A stretch of 59,485 nt of DNA, the filler included, from Basidioascus undulatus (taxonomy: Eukaryota), in the NCBI GenBank assembly GCA_000826855.1. It is 4 parts of 4 records of this genome, joined end to end, with 100 filler letters (N's around TTAATTAATTAA, not from the genome) between each part and the next. Parts side by side here need not be neighbours in the genome. Positions count along the whole stretch, not along the records: positions 14,904 to 29,705 come from JTLS01000694.1; positions 29,806 to 44,600 come from JTLS01000695.1; 2 more parts are not named here. The stretch is one strand, 5' to 3'. This document shows, piece after piece, positions 24,420 to 34,821 of the stretch. The notes beneath the pieces are model-generated. The model did no database searches and was not told the origin of the DNA. It saw nothing but the letters and a program-made list of their open reading frames with translations. The translations under genes were made by a program, and so were the position numbers. Numbering within the stretch: the stretch's first letter is position 1; each line of letters begins with the position of its first letter.

Positions 24420-26050
24420 CGGCGTGACTTGTGGACCTTAGAATTTCTGCCTAGGCACGACGAAGACCATGTGCTGCACGAACAGACCCGGGTCGATGGG
24501 CATGCGAGACACACAGATGCGGAGCTGAATGAAGGTCCGGTCTGATGCGGTGCTGAAAGGACGATGGCCAACACAAAGCAGCCCGCTGCAAGCACCTTTT
24601 CCGGTTTACAGGATCTTGTATGTGTACCTAGATCCGTGCCAGCACGATGTCCTAAAACGGAAAACTAGCAAAAATCCAGAAGACTGAGCCGTCCGAACAG
24701 CACGCATCTGTGAACCAAGTTGAATGCCGCTGCTCGAGCGCCAACACACGAGGGTCCCCCTAGCTGGCAAAAGAGCGCGATTCGGACTGCGCAGAATCGC
24801 GCGGAAACAAAGACTCCGAGGCTACGCTGGATAGCAGGGTGCTTGGGTTGGAAATCGAAAGAATCGTAGCTGACATGCACGTTCGAGGACAGCAGGCGGG
24901 CGTGGAGGGAGGTATGCAGCAAGGTCTTGATGGCAGCCTCGCCAACGGCCATTTCCAGCGTCAGAAAATAAAACAAAAAAGCCCAGTGTAAGCTGAGTGA
25001 CAAAAGTTAGTAAAGAGAACCGCCCCTTTGATGAGATCCCAAGAATTCGGTCGACGCTTCAACCAACAGGAAAATGGCACCGGCGCCGGGGCGTTCGATC
25101 CAGCCTTCTCGGCGACCGGCTACTCGGTGGCTGCACAATAGCGCAGATCGAAGAGGTTGTTAGTAAGGAACAATATCGGGGGTAAATTTGTGAAGCCAGG
25201 CCCAGAAAATGAACGAAGGGGCCCGGGAGAAGGCCGCCGAGGGCCTGTGCGGAAGGCCTTGCCGGCTTGATGCAGCTAGCTAGTGAGGAGTTGACAGGAC
25301 GTAGCGTCCGTACGAACAAGTAGGCTTGGAGGCGAAAGGTGGAGACGGAAAATATTCTGGTGGGGGTGGGATCACGTACCATGGCGAGGAGAAGCACGCG
25401 GGTGTGGCCGCTGTGAAGGGCAAGAGATGGTCGAGACGGATGAAAGCGCTGCCGGACGGCATGCGGGGCTGCCGGTTGCTCCCGCCGGAAAGCAGGACGG
25501 GTATGGGCATGCAGCCTGCGGAGTGACACTCTTCTGACCGTTGCAGAGGTTGTGATAACCCGGAAGTCAGGAGAACCAGCTGGTATCGTACACGGATGAG
25601 CGGAGAGGTGCTCGCGTTCTGACGGCAGGAAATGCTGCACACTGGCTGCAGCCGTGCAGTGGCTGCAAGTTGCAACATAGCCGATTGCACCAGTCACACA
25701 ACTGAAGGGCTCGTTTCTGTTCATAAATTTCTGTCCAAAAAAAATCAATCGTGGCAGAACTTGACAAGAGGACAAAAGCGCCGCTGAGTTCAAGACTGTC
25801 GAAGGCTGAAGACAAGGCTGCAAGTGATACGCCTTAGGAAGACAAGTTAGGGCAGCTATGCGGAATGCCGTACCGAAACGTAAAACGGTATTGGCATTGA
25901 AGCCATACTGAAGAGGGATGATACGAAAATCTTCAAAGTGTAGCACTCTGAATATGCTCAGCGAGGATAATCCTCGCTTTCGCTCGCCCACAAAGGGGAT
26001 ATGAGCGATGTTCTGTTTCCGTATCCATCCTACAGCACAAAACCAACACA
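24420..26050 (-). pseudogene. Probable decayed 5' half of the same MFS gene
   Basis: Hydrophobic remnants ('VLAAGCFVLAIVLSAP', 'TVLNSAALLSSCQVL') in the same orientation as 21864..23072. Heavily degenerate, so the limits are approximate. Confidence 0.35.
25270..25530 (-). mobile_element. Possible degenerate 3' end of a non-LTR (LINE) ORF2
   Basis: Frame-hopping translation CHSAG..HTRPAFRREQP..C.SG..DHLL..CP.HSGHTRVLL..PTRIFS..FRLQAYLFVR resembles the C-terminal CCHC region of fungal LINEs. Judged by eye only. Confidence 0.3.
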
Positions 26051-27375
26051 TTCATCAACCAACCCGTAGAGGCGGGCGCGCAAGGATGCGGAGACGACCT
26101 CCCTCTTCTGTAATTCGCTGCGTAGTCGCAAGCATTTGATTTGAACTACACCGCCTCCTCCCCATAATCAAGCGCCCTTCTTCCCACTGATACTTGGATG
26201 AGCCAGGAATTTGGTGATCCATTTTCCGATTCCTGCCTACTCCTCCGACTCCCAGCTGCCCAACCTATCCACGCAATCCGAGGCCGGGGAAAATGGTACC
26301 CGCTCCCAGCGTCCTCCAAACGTCAATCTACTCTGCTCCACTCATCAGCTGAACTCCCGAGCGGGAAGGTCGACCATCAGTGTCACTTCACTGACCTTCC
26401 CATCTTATCTGACGAGGTGGAAGTTGAGGTGGTGGATTTGCTGGAGTGGAGCAAACGTGCTAGACTCTAGAACCTAGTTCAGTTGTTGATGGAAATGGTG
26501 CTGCGGCTGTGTATCATGATTCTGTTTGTCCGAGTCGGTCCCGTTGTCTAGACGGCTCCGTTATGGTGGCTTGAATTTTCGACAGCATCGCGCCACGCAG
26601 TACTGCTCTCGGGTGAAAGCAGGTTCAAAAACAGAGATGACGATTCGATGGTGCTGTTGGTTGGCTTGGCGTTTCCGCTCGCTCCACCTCCTACATCAAC
26701 AGTTGTTGCCCTTTAGCATACCCAGCAGTTCATCAGCTCACCACGTACCATCTGCCACCGTACGCCCGTTGTCCAGCACCTCTTCCAAGCCGACTGCCTC
26801 CATCCTCCATCCCCCATGCACCCACCATCCATCACCTTCCCCTTCACCTCCGCCCTCCCCCACTCCCAGAAACAGAATCAACAATGTGAAAGCGCCTGCG
26901 GGCCGCCCTCAGCTCAGCGCCACGCCACGCATGCACTCAGGGTTTCCTCCCCACGCGAGCGAGGCGAGGCGTTTATTGTTTGTCTCAGATCTCTCCACCC
27001 CTGCCCTCGATCACTGACCGCCGACCGCCGCGCGTCGAGCGCGCGTCGAGGCGAGGCCGTGTTTCTTGTTTTATTTCAGTCTTCCTTTCTTGATTCTTGA
27101 GTATGGGACATGAGGGTGGAGGTGGGGAGACAGGCTGGGAGGGAAGTGAGTTAAATGAACCAACGTTGTTGAAAGCCGAGGAGGTTGGGGGCGGGGGTTG
27201 TGAGTCGGTCAAGGACCGTATCGCGTATTGGAAGTCGCCTACAATAATCTAGCGCAATAATTCTCTACCGGCTTGTGTCCGGCTCCGTTCTGACAAGGAG
27301 GCACCCGGACTAGATGGCCAGGACATGCAGAATGCGGCGCAAGGGCGGGTGGGAGACTTCAGGAGAGTCGGGTGC

Positions 27376-28600
27376 ACCCTGGCAAGGCAAAATTATCAGG
27401 ATTGTCAGCCTGCCAGGTTCTGAAAGTCTGGGTATGCCTGACAACAGGACCAACCTTTGATGTCAGACTCACAGTCAGACAGACAATGCCATTGTCAGAT
27501 GCTCGTCAGACTGCAAACAAAATGCCTGATAACGCCTGACAAGGCCTTGCGAGTCAAGGTCAGACTGGCTAAGAAGGCAAAAAAAGAAAAAAAAACATAC
27601 GTTTTTACGCTCTGCACTTCATTTTGAACTTGAAGAATGCAGTCTTTTCATGCAGCAAAAGGCGGGGAAACAGTCATATAGCAAGCATCGGACGCTAGCG
27701 TACAAAAAGGACCTCGATGCATGACTGCCCTGAACCTCCCCCTAGCACCACTAACTCAAAGATTGGTTTAAACAGAGCGATAGATTGAGAAAAAACCCCC
27801 CCCCCGTAGAGAGGCAAAAGAGCGTACAGCAGTTCAAAAGCGCTGTTGGACAAAGGAGCAACGCGTCAGCACAACAGTTTGTATTGCCGAAGATAGTAGC
27901 TGGAGGGATGCAGAGAAGGATGAGGAGTGTAGAGCGAGGGTAAGAGATGTATAAAAGATGGGCAAAAAGGCTTGAGTGACGGCTGCATCCGCAACGCGCG
28001 GTCAAGTAGCAGAAGACTCACCTAAATGCAACCCTTCATCATCATACCACATCACAACAGTACTATCACCTGTGTGGAGGGTGAGCGGAGGTTATAAGAC
28101 TTCGTGGTGGGGGAGACTTGATTTGAAGCTGAGATGGTGGTGGTGGAAGGACAAGACGGACAAGACGAGCGTGACGACTTCATCTCATCATAGCCAGATA
28201 GGGACCTAACCTGGCCCTTCAGTTTCCGAGGCACGCGCAACGAGTACGCGTGGGCGGTTACTGGAGGCTACTGTGAGGGACTGGTCGCTGTAGTCCTCGG
28301 GGTGCGAGAAGGCCCGCTGGTGGGCCCCTCAGTTAGGTAATGAGGGGACCCAGGGTTTCCTACCACACTTCGCTCCCACTCTCCTTCGGCAAAGGCTAGA
28401 AGGGCACGAACATAGATTGCAGGCAATTTCAGACTGACATCGCCGCTGCCAGACATTATCAGATCCAATCAGTCTTCCGGACCGTTGTCATCAAAAGCCA
28501 GCACATTATCAGGAAGAGTCCTGTGAAAGCATTTCAGATTGTTATCAGGCTGAATACCCTTGTCAGCCTGACAAGACAGGTGCGATTTTCCTGATGGATG
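27376..28600. repeat. Two clusters (27376-27570, 28420-28600) of short TGTCAG/TTATCAG/CTGAC/CTGAT motifs in both orientations; probable DNA-transposon subterminal repeats
   Basis: Dense repeats such as ttatcagg, ttgtcagcc, tgtcagac, cctgataa and cctgacaa in a gene-free, lower-GC region. Confidence 0.45.
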
Positions 28601-29705
28601 AAGGCGGTTGACAGACAGGTTGAACATCACGATCGAGTGGACAGCTGTTCAGCTCGTACAGGGGTCCGCTACAGGTTTAGGATAATATTGAAGGAAGAAG
28701 TGTAGAGCCGCTGCATGCATCGCGGCGAGGCAGACAAACAGCGATGTTGTAGTGATCACAGCGTGCGAGGGCAAGCCAGCTATATTGCTGTCAATACTAC
28801 TGCTACGTGGTGTTGGTGTTGGTGGTGGTGGCGGTCTGAAAGATGTCGATGCAGGAGGTGAACTGCAAGATCGAGGGTTCTGTCGGCTTGCATCGGCTAT
28901 CGGGCATACAGGTATTGCTGCCAGATCCCATTATTTGGATACTATAAAGCTAGCAGTGGGATATTCTAGACTACATTTCCAAGTTATTATTATTGAAGAA
29001 CAGTGCACTGCAAGGCGAGCATGATGCAATGGACTGACTGCGGCCGGTCATGCAGTGTCATCCCCGGCGGCGGCGGTGCTCCCCTCAGTGTCACCAGCAG
29101 CATCCCTTTCTTTCGCGGACAGACAAAGAAGTGGAGACGAAATCGAGAGGAGGAAGAGGTTGCTTTGAGGTCTGAAGGTGTATGCGAATCATGAAAGGCA
29201 AACAGTGTGTAAGAAAGGCAAATTCATTTCATCGTCTTCCTTTCACGCCTGTTGTGCTGTCAACCCACAACCAGTTTCCCTGGCGACAGGCGCATGCAGA
29301 AGCTCCGCGGTTCATTTACTTAGGGCGGTACCTACTCATAAACTACTGCAGGTGCAATTGTACCCGGCGGCTCGGGCGCAGTCTCGCAGCGAGCGAGTGT
29401 GACACTGGTGAAGGAGTTGAGCGAGCGTCTCACCCCCACCCACATGCAATTTGACATCCAGACGGGAAATCTCGCCGTTGAATGGTACGGGTGCTGAAGA
29501 AAGGGCTAGTACCTAATAAGCTGCTAGTAGAATGTAGATGCTGGCGTTATACAGTAGCGCACGCCCGCGCGCGTCTGCTCTCTTACGGCCAGGGCGGGCG
29601 CGGCTCCGCGTGAAGCTGGAGCAGCTGGAGGCTTCCCTTCACTTTGTGTTGAGCTCATCTTTTGCCTGCGAGAGCACAAAGGGCCGTCCTCCCTCCTCCC
29701 CTCCC

Positions 29706-29805
29706 NNNNNNNNNNNNNNNNNNNNNNNNNNNNNNNNNNNNNNNNNNNNTTAATTAATTAANNNNNNNNNNNNNNNNNNNNNNNNNNNNNNNNNNNNNNN
29801 NNNNN
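29706..29805. other. Artificial contig spacer N44-TTAATTAATTAA-N44
   Basis: Same structure as the other spacers. Confidence 0.98.
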
Positions 29806-31045
29806 AGGAGAAGGTGGAGGCGACAGAACAAGTAAGGGAGGAAGATTCGGAAGCTGAGCTGGTGCGCCTTCCCTCTGGCCCTCTTTCCCTCCCCATCCCG
29901 CAAGCTCACCCGATCCCTCTCTCCAGGAGCGCCTCCAAACCGCCTACGCGTCCCTCCCGCTCTCTGCGCTCGCCGCCGCGTCCGCCTCCCTCTCCGGCGC
30001 CTCTTCCGCCGGACCATCCGCCTCCTCCTCCAAAGCCGAGCGCCTGGAGCAGGCGAAGCGTGAGCTGGCGAAGCTGCAGGCTTCGAAGCGGGGCGGGAAA
30101 GGGAAGGCGGAGAAGGGCAAGGGCAAGGAGGAGAAGGAGGCCAAGAAGAAGAGGGAGGTGGGGCGGAGTAATAAGCATGCGTGCGTGGGTGTTCTGGAGG
30201 AGGAGGAGGGCGTTGGACTGATGAGAGAGGGGAGGACAGCCCGATGGAGGTATCCAGCAAGAAGGCCGTCTCCCGCAAGCGGGACGTCGTCGAGGTCGAG
30301 CAGCCCGTGCGTCCTCCTCCCTTACTTTCTCTCTCCCTCCTCTAATTACTCGCGTCCTCCCCCCCCCAAGAAACCGCGCGACCCGCGCTTCTCCTCCCTA
30401 TCAGGGCATCTCTCCCCCGCGCTCTTCCGCTCCTCCTACTCGTTCCTCTCCTCCTCCCTCTCCTCCGACATCGCGACGCTCCAGTCCTCCCTCTCCTCCG
30501 CGGAGCTCGCGCTCAAGCGCGCGCGCTCCCTGCCCGGCAGCAAGGCCGAGCGGCGCGAGGCGGTGCAATTCGCTGAACAGGAGAAGGAGCGCGTGGAGGC
30601 TGCGCTGAGGAGCGCGAAGAGCAGGCAGGAGAGAGTGAAGAGGGAGGAGCGGGAGAGGGAGGTGCTTGGGCGCTTGAAGAAGGAGGAGAGGGAGAAGAGG
30701 AAGGAGGGGAAGGGCGCATGGTTCATGAAGGAGTGTGCGTATCCGTCCCTACCTCCTTCTTTCTCCCCCAAACAGCATTCCTCCCTTCTGTACCTCCGCT
30801 GACCTGACCTGACGTATCCCCTTGCCCCAACAGCCGAGAAGAAGCGGCACCTCCTCGCAGCGCGGTTCGAGGACCTCCAAGCGCAGGGCGGGACGAAAGC
30901 CGTGCGTCGCGCGATCGAGAAGAAGCGCAAGCGTGTCGAGGGCAAGGAGAAGAAGGCCCTGCCGTGGGGGAAGGACGAGGGGCGGCGGTCTGCCGGCGCC
31001 GGCGGCGAGGGCGGCGAGGGAGGTGGGAAGAGGAGGAGGGTGTGA
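29806..31045 (+). CDS. RRP36: rRNA biogenesis protein Rrp36 (DUF947), 5' end off contig
   Basis: PMEVSSKKAVSRKRDVV, KPRDPRFSSLSG..FRSSYSFL, KKEEREKRKEGKGAWFMK, AIEKKRKRVEGKEKKALPW. Stop 31043-31045. Confidence 0.9.
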
Positions 31046-31624
31046 GTGGCGGGTGGGGGGTTGTGATGAGCTGTCTGGAGCGGTGGGATCCACGTACCTT
31101 GTGGAAGATGTGGGATGTGTACGGGGTGTACATTGTTGGCTCACTGGGCTGCGTGTACTTCAGCAGTCGGGATTCGAGCTCGCACTTCGGCAGGTAATGT
31201 CGACCGCGGCGGACTCGCATGGGCCCGGCTGGCCGCGTCCTAGCGAGCGTTTGTAAGAGTACCGCACACTGAATATGCTCCAAGAGCGCACTGAGAGTCT
31301 TAGCTTTCCTTTCGTTGCTGGTCGTGTGCAGCTGTCAACCTGTCTGGGCCGAGGCGACAGTGACAGCGACGCTTTTCCCGCGCAGGCACGCCTTCGTCGT
31401 TCGCAGCCTCGCACGCCATGCCTTGCTGCCTTCCTCCTTCCCCCTTCCTCTTCCTCCTTCCCCACCTTCATCCTCTGACCGGTCTTGCCCCATCCTCATA
31501 CCTCCCTCATCCTTCCAGTCCCCGCCCCGTTCCTTCCATCGCCCCTCGCCCCACACACTCGCTAGTATCTCGCACCCGCTCTCCCTCCTTCCCTCCCTCC
31601 CGACCCAGCCAAGCTCGGGCAGCG

Positions 31625-32241
31625 ATGTGCCGCCTCCTCGTGTTTAAGGGCAAAGAGCCTATCCAGCTGTCCCACGTACGCTGTCCTTCTTCATTCTTTC
31701 GCACCTCCTCTCCCTAGCTAACGGAGGATGGTGGCATTCCAGCTCCTCACCAAGCCTTGCCACTCGATCATCAACCAGGCGTTTGACTCACGCCTTCGTG
31801 CGTTTTTACATCCGCCATTCCCTCCTCTTCCTCTTCTCCCTTCTTATGCAGGGCTGGGTGGACGGGCGCAGGGCTGGACTCGAGGCGGCCTATCAACGGG
31901 GATGGGTTCGGCGTCGGTATGTTATTCCGTCCCTCGTTGTGTCCTAGGCTCACTGACGCATCTCTGACGCCTTGATGCTGTAGGCTGGTACGATGCCTTC
32001 CCTGACCCCGAGCTCGGCGCGGAGCCTTGCATATTCACTTCCGTCACTCCTGTGCGTCTTCCTCCTTCTCTTTCCTCACTACCCACCACCAGTCCCCATC
32101 CCCCATCTCCATCCCCTATCCCCTCTTCCCTCATCCTATTCCACCCTCTCTCCTTCTGCCGTGCTTACTCGTGTGGGGAGTTTGCAGGCCTGGAACAACC
32201 AGAACCTCACCCGCCTTGCAGCTAAGATCAAGTCCCCGCTC
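31625..32241 (+). pseudogene. DUG3: DUG3-like class II glutamine amidotransferase, 5' fragment only
   Basis: Five exons give MCRLLVFKGKEPIQLSHLLTKPCHSIINQAFDSRLRLDSRRPINGDGFGVGWY...PCIFTSVTPAWNNQNLTRLAAKIKSPL. The expected continuation (FAHVRA...) was not found downstream in this contig. Confidence 0.8.
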
Positions 32242-33029
32242 GCTTCGTTTCCACACTTCTTATAAAAGAATACTAAAGAAGTTAAGTATCCTCTCCACCT
32301 TCCCTTTTTATTCCCTCTTCCGAGTCGGACCACCGCCACTGCATATCCAGGGGGGTGTGTTCCCAGTCGGATTTGACGCTTGAGTCTGGTGGGACCTTCT
32401 TCCTTTTCCCCTGCTGATCAAGCGTCCGTTAACGGATCTGGCCCTAGAGCCGGCCAGCGTATCATGCAGACTCGACGCACGTCGTCGTGGCAGTAGTCCG
32501 GCAGTCTCGTTACCTCTTGCTCACTGACGACCCTTCCCAGGGGCGGAGCTCTGAGCAGCCCCCGCCTCAGCAGGTGGCTCGACTCGATCAGTCGCTCGCG
32601 ATATGAGATATCTATAAGCAAACGTACATTGACGCCTCAGCTTGGAGAGCAGTGCAGGAGGCATCAGTCTGACTCTGGCGGACGTTCAAGGAGCAGGTCT
32701 GGACTAGTTGGCAGTGTTGGAGGATATGGAGGGCCTGGACGGTTGGGGGAGACGGGTGGGCACATTTGGGGACTACGGTGTTGAAAGACGTCAAAGAGGG
32801 CCCGGAAAACGGCATCAAGCAATTGCACAATGGCATGCTCGTCCGCTGAGTTTGCCGATTACGACGTTTTGTAAAAGCAACTGCAAAACACACCGGACCT
32901 CCAATTAAAGAAGAAGCCGGGAGCGAAGTCTTGGGATGTGATGTTTGCTCGCCTTTAAGTGCACACACATTGCCAGAGGTAAGGCACAGGCGCTCAAAAG
33001 CAAGCGACTGCAAAAGCTTGTCGGGTTCA

Positions 33030-33400
33030 TAGCGAAGCGACAGGGTTGTGTGCACAAGCAACTCTCTGATTGCACGCAACCGCGCTATACACCGTCTTCC
33101 ACCGTCCGTGTTGAACAAAAGCAGTAGTGTCTGGTTCAGGTGGGTACTTGGGTAGTGGCGAAAGAAGCCGAACAATACAGCGGTAAGAATCAGAATGAGC
33201 AAGGCGGTGCGGTGATCCACTATTCGAAGCCGAGCCGAACACTACTTGCAGGCCAAGCTTGGGATTGCGCCGTTTGAATGTGCTTTTGATAGAACCTTCC
33301 CCGCCAGCAACCACCACCAAACGCGATCCCAACCCGCGAGGCCCCCCTCGGCCGCAAGCGTTGCGGTCAGTCGCCTTCTCAAGAAGCTTAGGCACAGTTA
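33030..33400 (-). mobile_element. Possible degenerate LINE ORF2 3' remnant
   Basis: 'GGGCWRGRFYQKHIQT' followed, after a frame change, by 'LILTAVLFGFFRHY..LLLLFNTDGGRRCIARL'. Reminiscent of fungal LINE C-termini. Judged by eye only. Confidence 0.3.
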
Positions 33401-33759
33401 CGCAGACAGCCGCAGTTTCTTGGAGACGTGCCTCGTTCGGCCTGACTGTCTTCCAGTGAGTAACTTGAGCCCAAATGAGCAATGCATGGGTGTAAGTTCA
33501 ATTATCTCGGCAACAGCCAAGAGAGCGCCTTTCAAACTTTTCGGTCCAGTACGCGGCCTGAGCCCGCTGACACTCTGCAAGACTCCTAAACATAAAAGTA
33601 CCAGAGAGTTACTTATAAAGTGTTGGAAATTATGGTGTATACCCTTGGAGTTGAGGGATTGCGTATCGAGCTGCCCCCGCTCAAGAAACCTGCGATGGGC
33701 GCCAGAGCGACGGCCTACAAGACAACGCAGAACCCGATATCAGGAAGGGACTCGGGTAA

Positions 33760-34821
33760 TCAGTTATAATAAGGTTTTTTACTGATGGTAGCCGTCCCAC
33801 TCGCCAAACAGACGTATCGAGTATGCGTGGGACGAAAACAGGGGTACAAACAGATTGATATGCATTGCGAGGAAACGTGAAAGCGTGATATCAGAAGGAA
33901 GAGTGTGGGGGTGGGCGCAGGGGAGGGGGTAGGCCTCGGCGTGGGCGTAGGCGTAGGTCGGGGACTCTCCTCCGCTTCCGCACCCGAGCCTGACGCGCCG
34001 TTCTCCTCGGGCGCGGGGGTGCTGCACGCGGACGTGCTCGCGCCATCATCCGCCAGCGCAGCAGCGATGACCGCGGGGGTCTTCTTGGCGCGCCTCCGGC
34101 CGTAGTACGGCAACTCCGCGGGCTCCTGGTCCGCTAATTGGCTGCGGCGCGTCGAGCGCTTCTTCTCCGGGTCCAGGCCGCGCATTGGCGGGCGAGGGAG
34201 GACGAGCGCTGGGGGCGGGGGAGATTCGGAGGGGGGCGTAGGAGAGCGTGCGCGCTTGCGGGATGTGGATGCGGGGGGGGCGGTGAAGGAAATGGGGGTG
34301 TGCGCGGGGGAAGAGACGCCCGATAGAGGGGAAGGGACGTGGATTGGCGGAGGGAGAGGGTGGGACGACGCCGCGGGTGGAGTGCTCTGGTGCGAAGAGG
34401 TACCGGACGGTCCTGACGCGTTGTGGGAGGACGCTGCCCCTCCGGCTGTCGGTCGACCGGATGCAGAGCCATTCACAGAGGAAGCCGACGAGGCGGCAGC
34501 GGCGGGCGGCGGCGTCGGCGCGAGCGTCTTGGGCGTCCCGCTTCTTCGCGTCACGCGCTTGTTCTCGTCTTCCGACTCGATGAGCGGCGCCTTCGCGTAG
34601 AACGCATGCGTGAGCGCTTCGAGCTCGCCTGCCCGCTTAGTCTTCTTCGGCGGAGGGGGAGCGGTCGGGGGGGCAGGCGCGGGCTCCGGTTCGGGCTGAG
34701 ACTCGGCTTCGGGCTCTGGGGAGGAGCCGAGGGAGGAGAGGGAGGAGGAGCGGGAGCGTCGGTGGGTTGTGGGCGCGGCGGGAGGGCGGGAATTGTGCGC
34801 CGAGGGGCTCACGGAGGTCAT
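33760..34821 (-). CDS. Pro/Ser-rich low-complexity protein with basic NLS-like patches; probably the truncated N-terminus of a nuclear protein
   Basis: 353-aa ATG-initiated ORF with GC-rich coding character (PPPKKTKR, SRKRAR, GRRRAKK). Composition shifts abruptly to lower GC at ~33900. Confidence 0.55.
   Translation of the reverse strand: MTSVSPSAHNSRPPAAPTTHRRSRSSSLSSLGSSPEPEAESQPEPEPAPAPPTAPPPPKKTKRAGELEALTHAFYAKAPLIESEDENKRVTRRSGTPKTLAPTPPPAAAASSASSVNGSASGRPTAGGAASSHNASGPSGTSSHQSTPPAASSHPLPPPIHVPSPLSGVSSPAHTPISFTAPPASTSRKRARSPTPPSESPPPPALVLPRPPMRGLDPEKKRSTRRSQLADQEPAELPYYGRRRAKKTPAVIAAALADDGASTSACSTPAPEENGASGSGAEAEESPRPTPTPTPRPTPSPAPTPTLFLLISRFHVSSQCISICLYPCFRPTHTRYVCLASGTATISKKPYYN

Noticed and set aside
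25059..26051. 330-aa minus-strand ORF as an intact gene
   Set aside because: No coherent domain or coding bias. It spans pseudogene and TE-like pieces.
27700..28400. Solo LTR
   Set aside because: LTR-like composition, but no convincing TG..CA ends with a target-site duplication.
27376..28600. CRISPR-like array
   Set aside because: Motifs are only 6-8 bp, irregularly spaced and bidirectional. No cas genes, and the context is eukaryotic.
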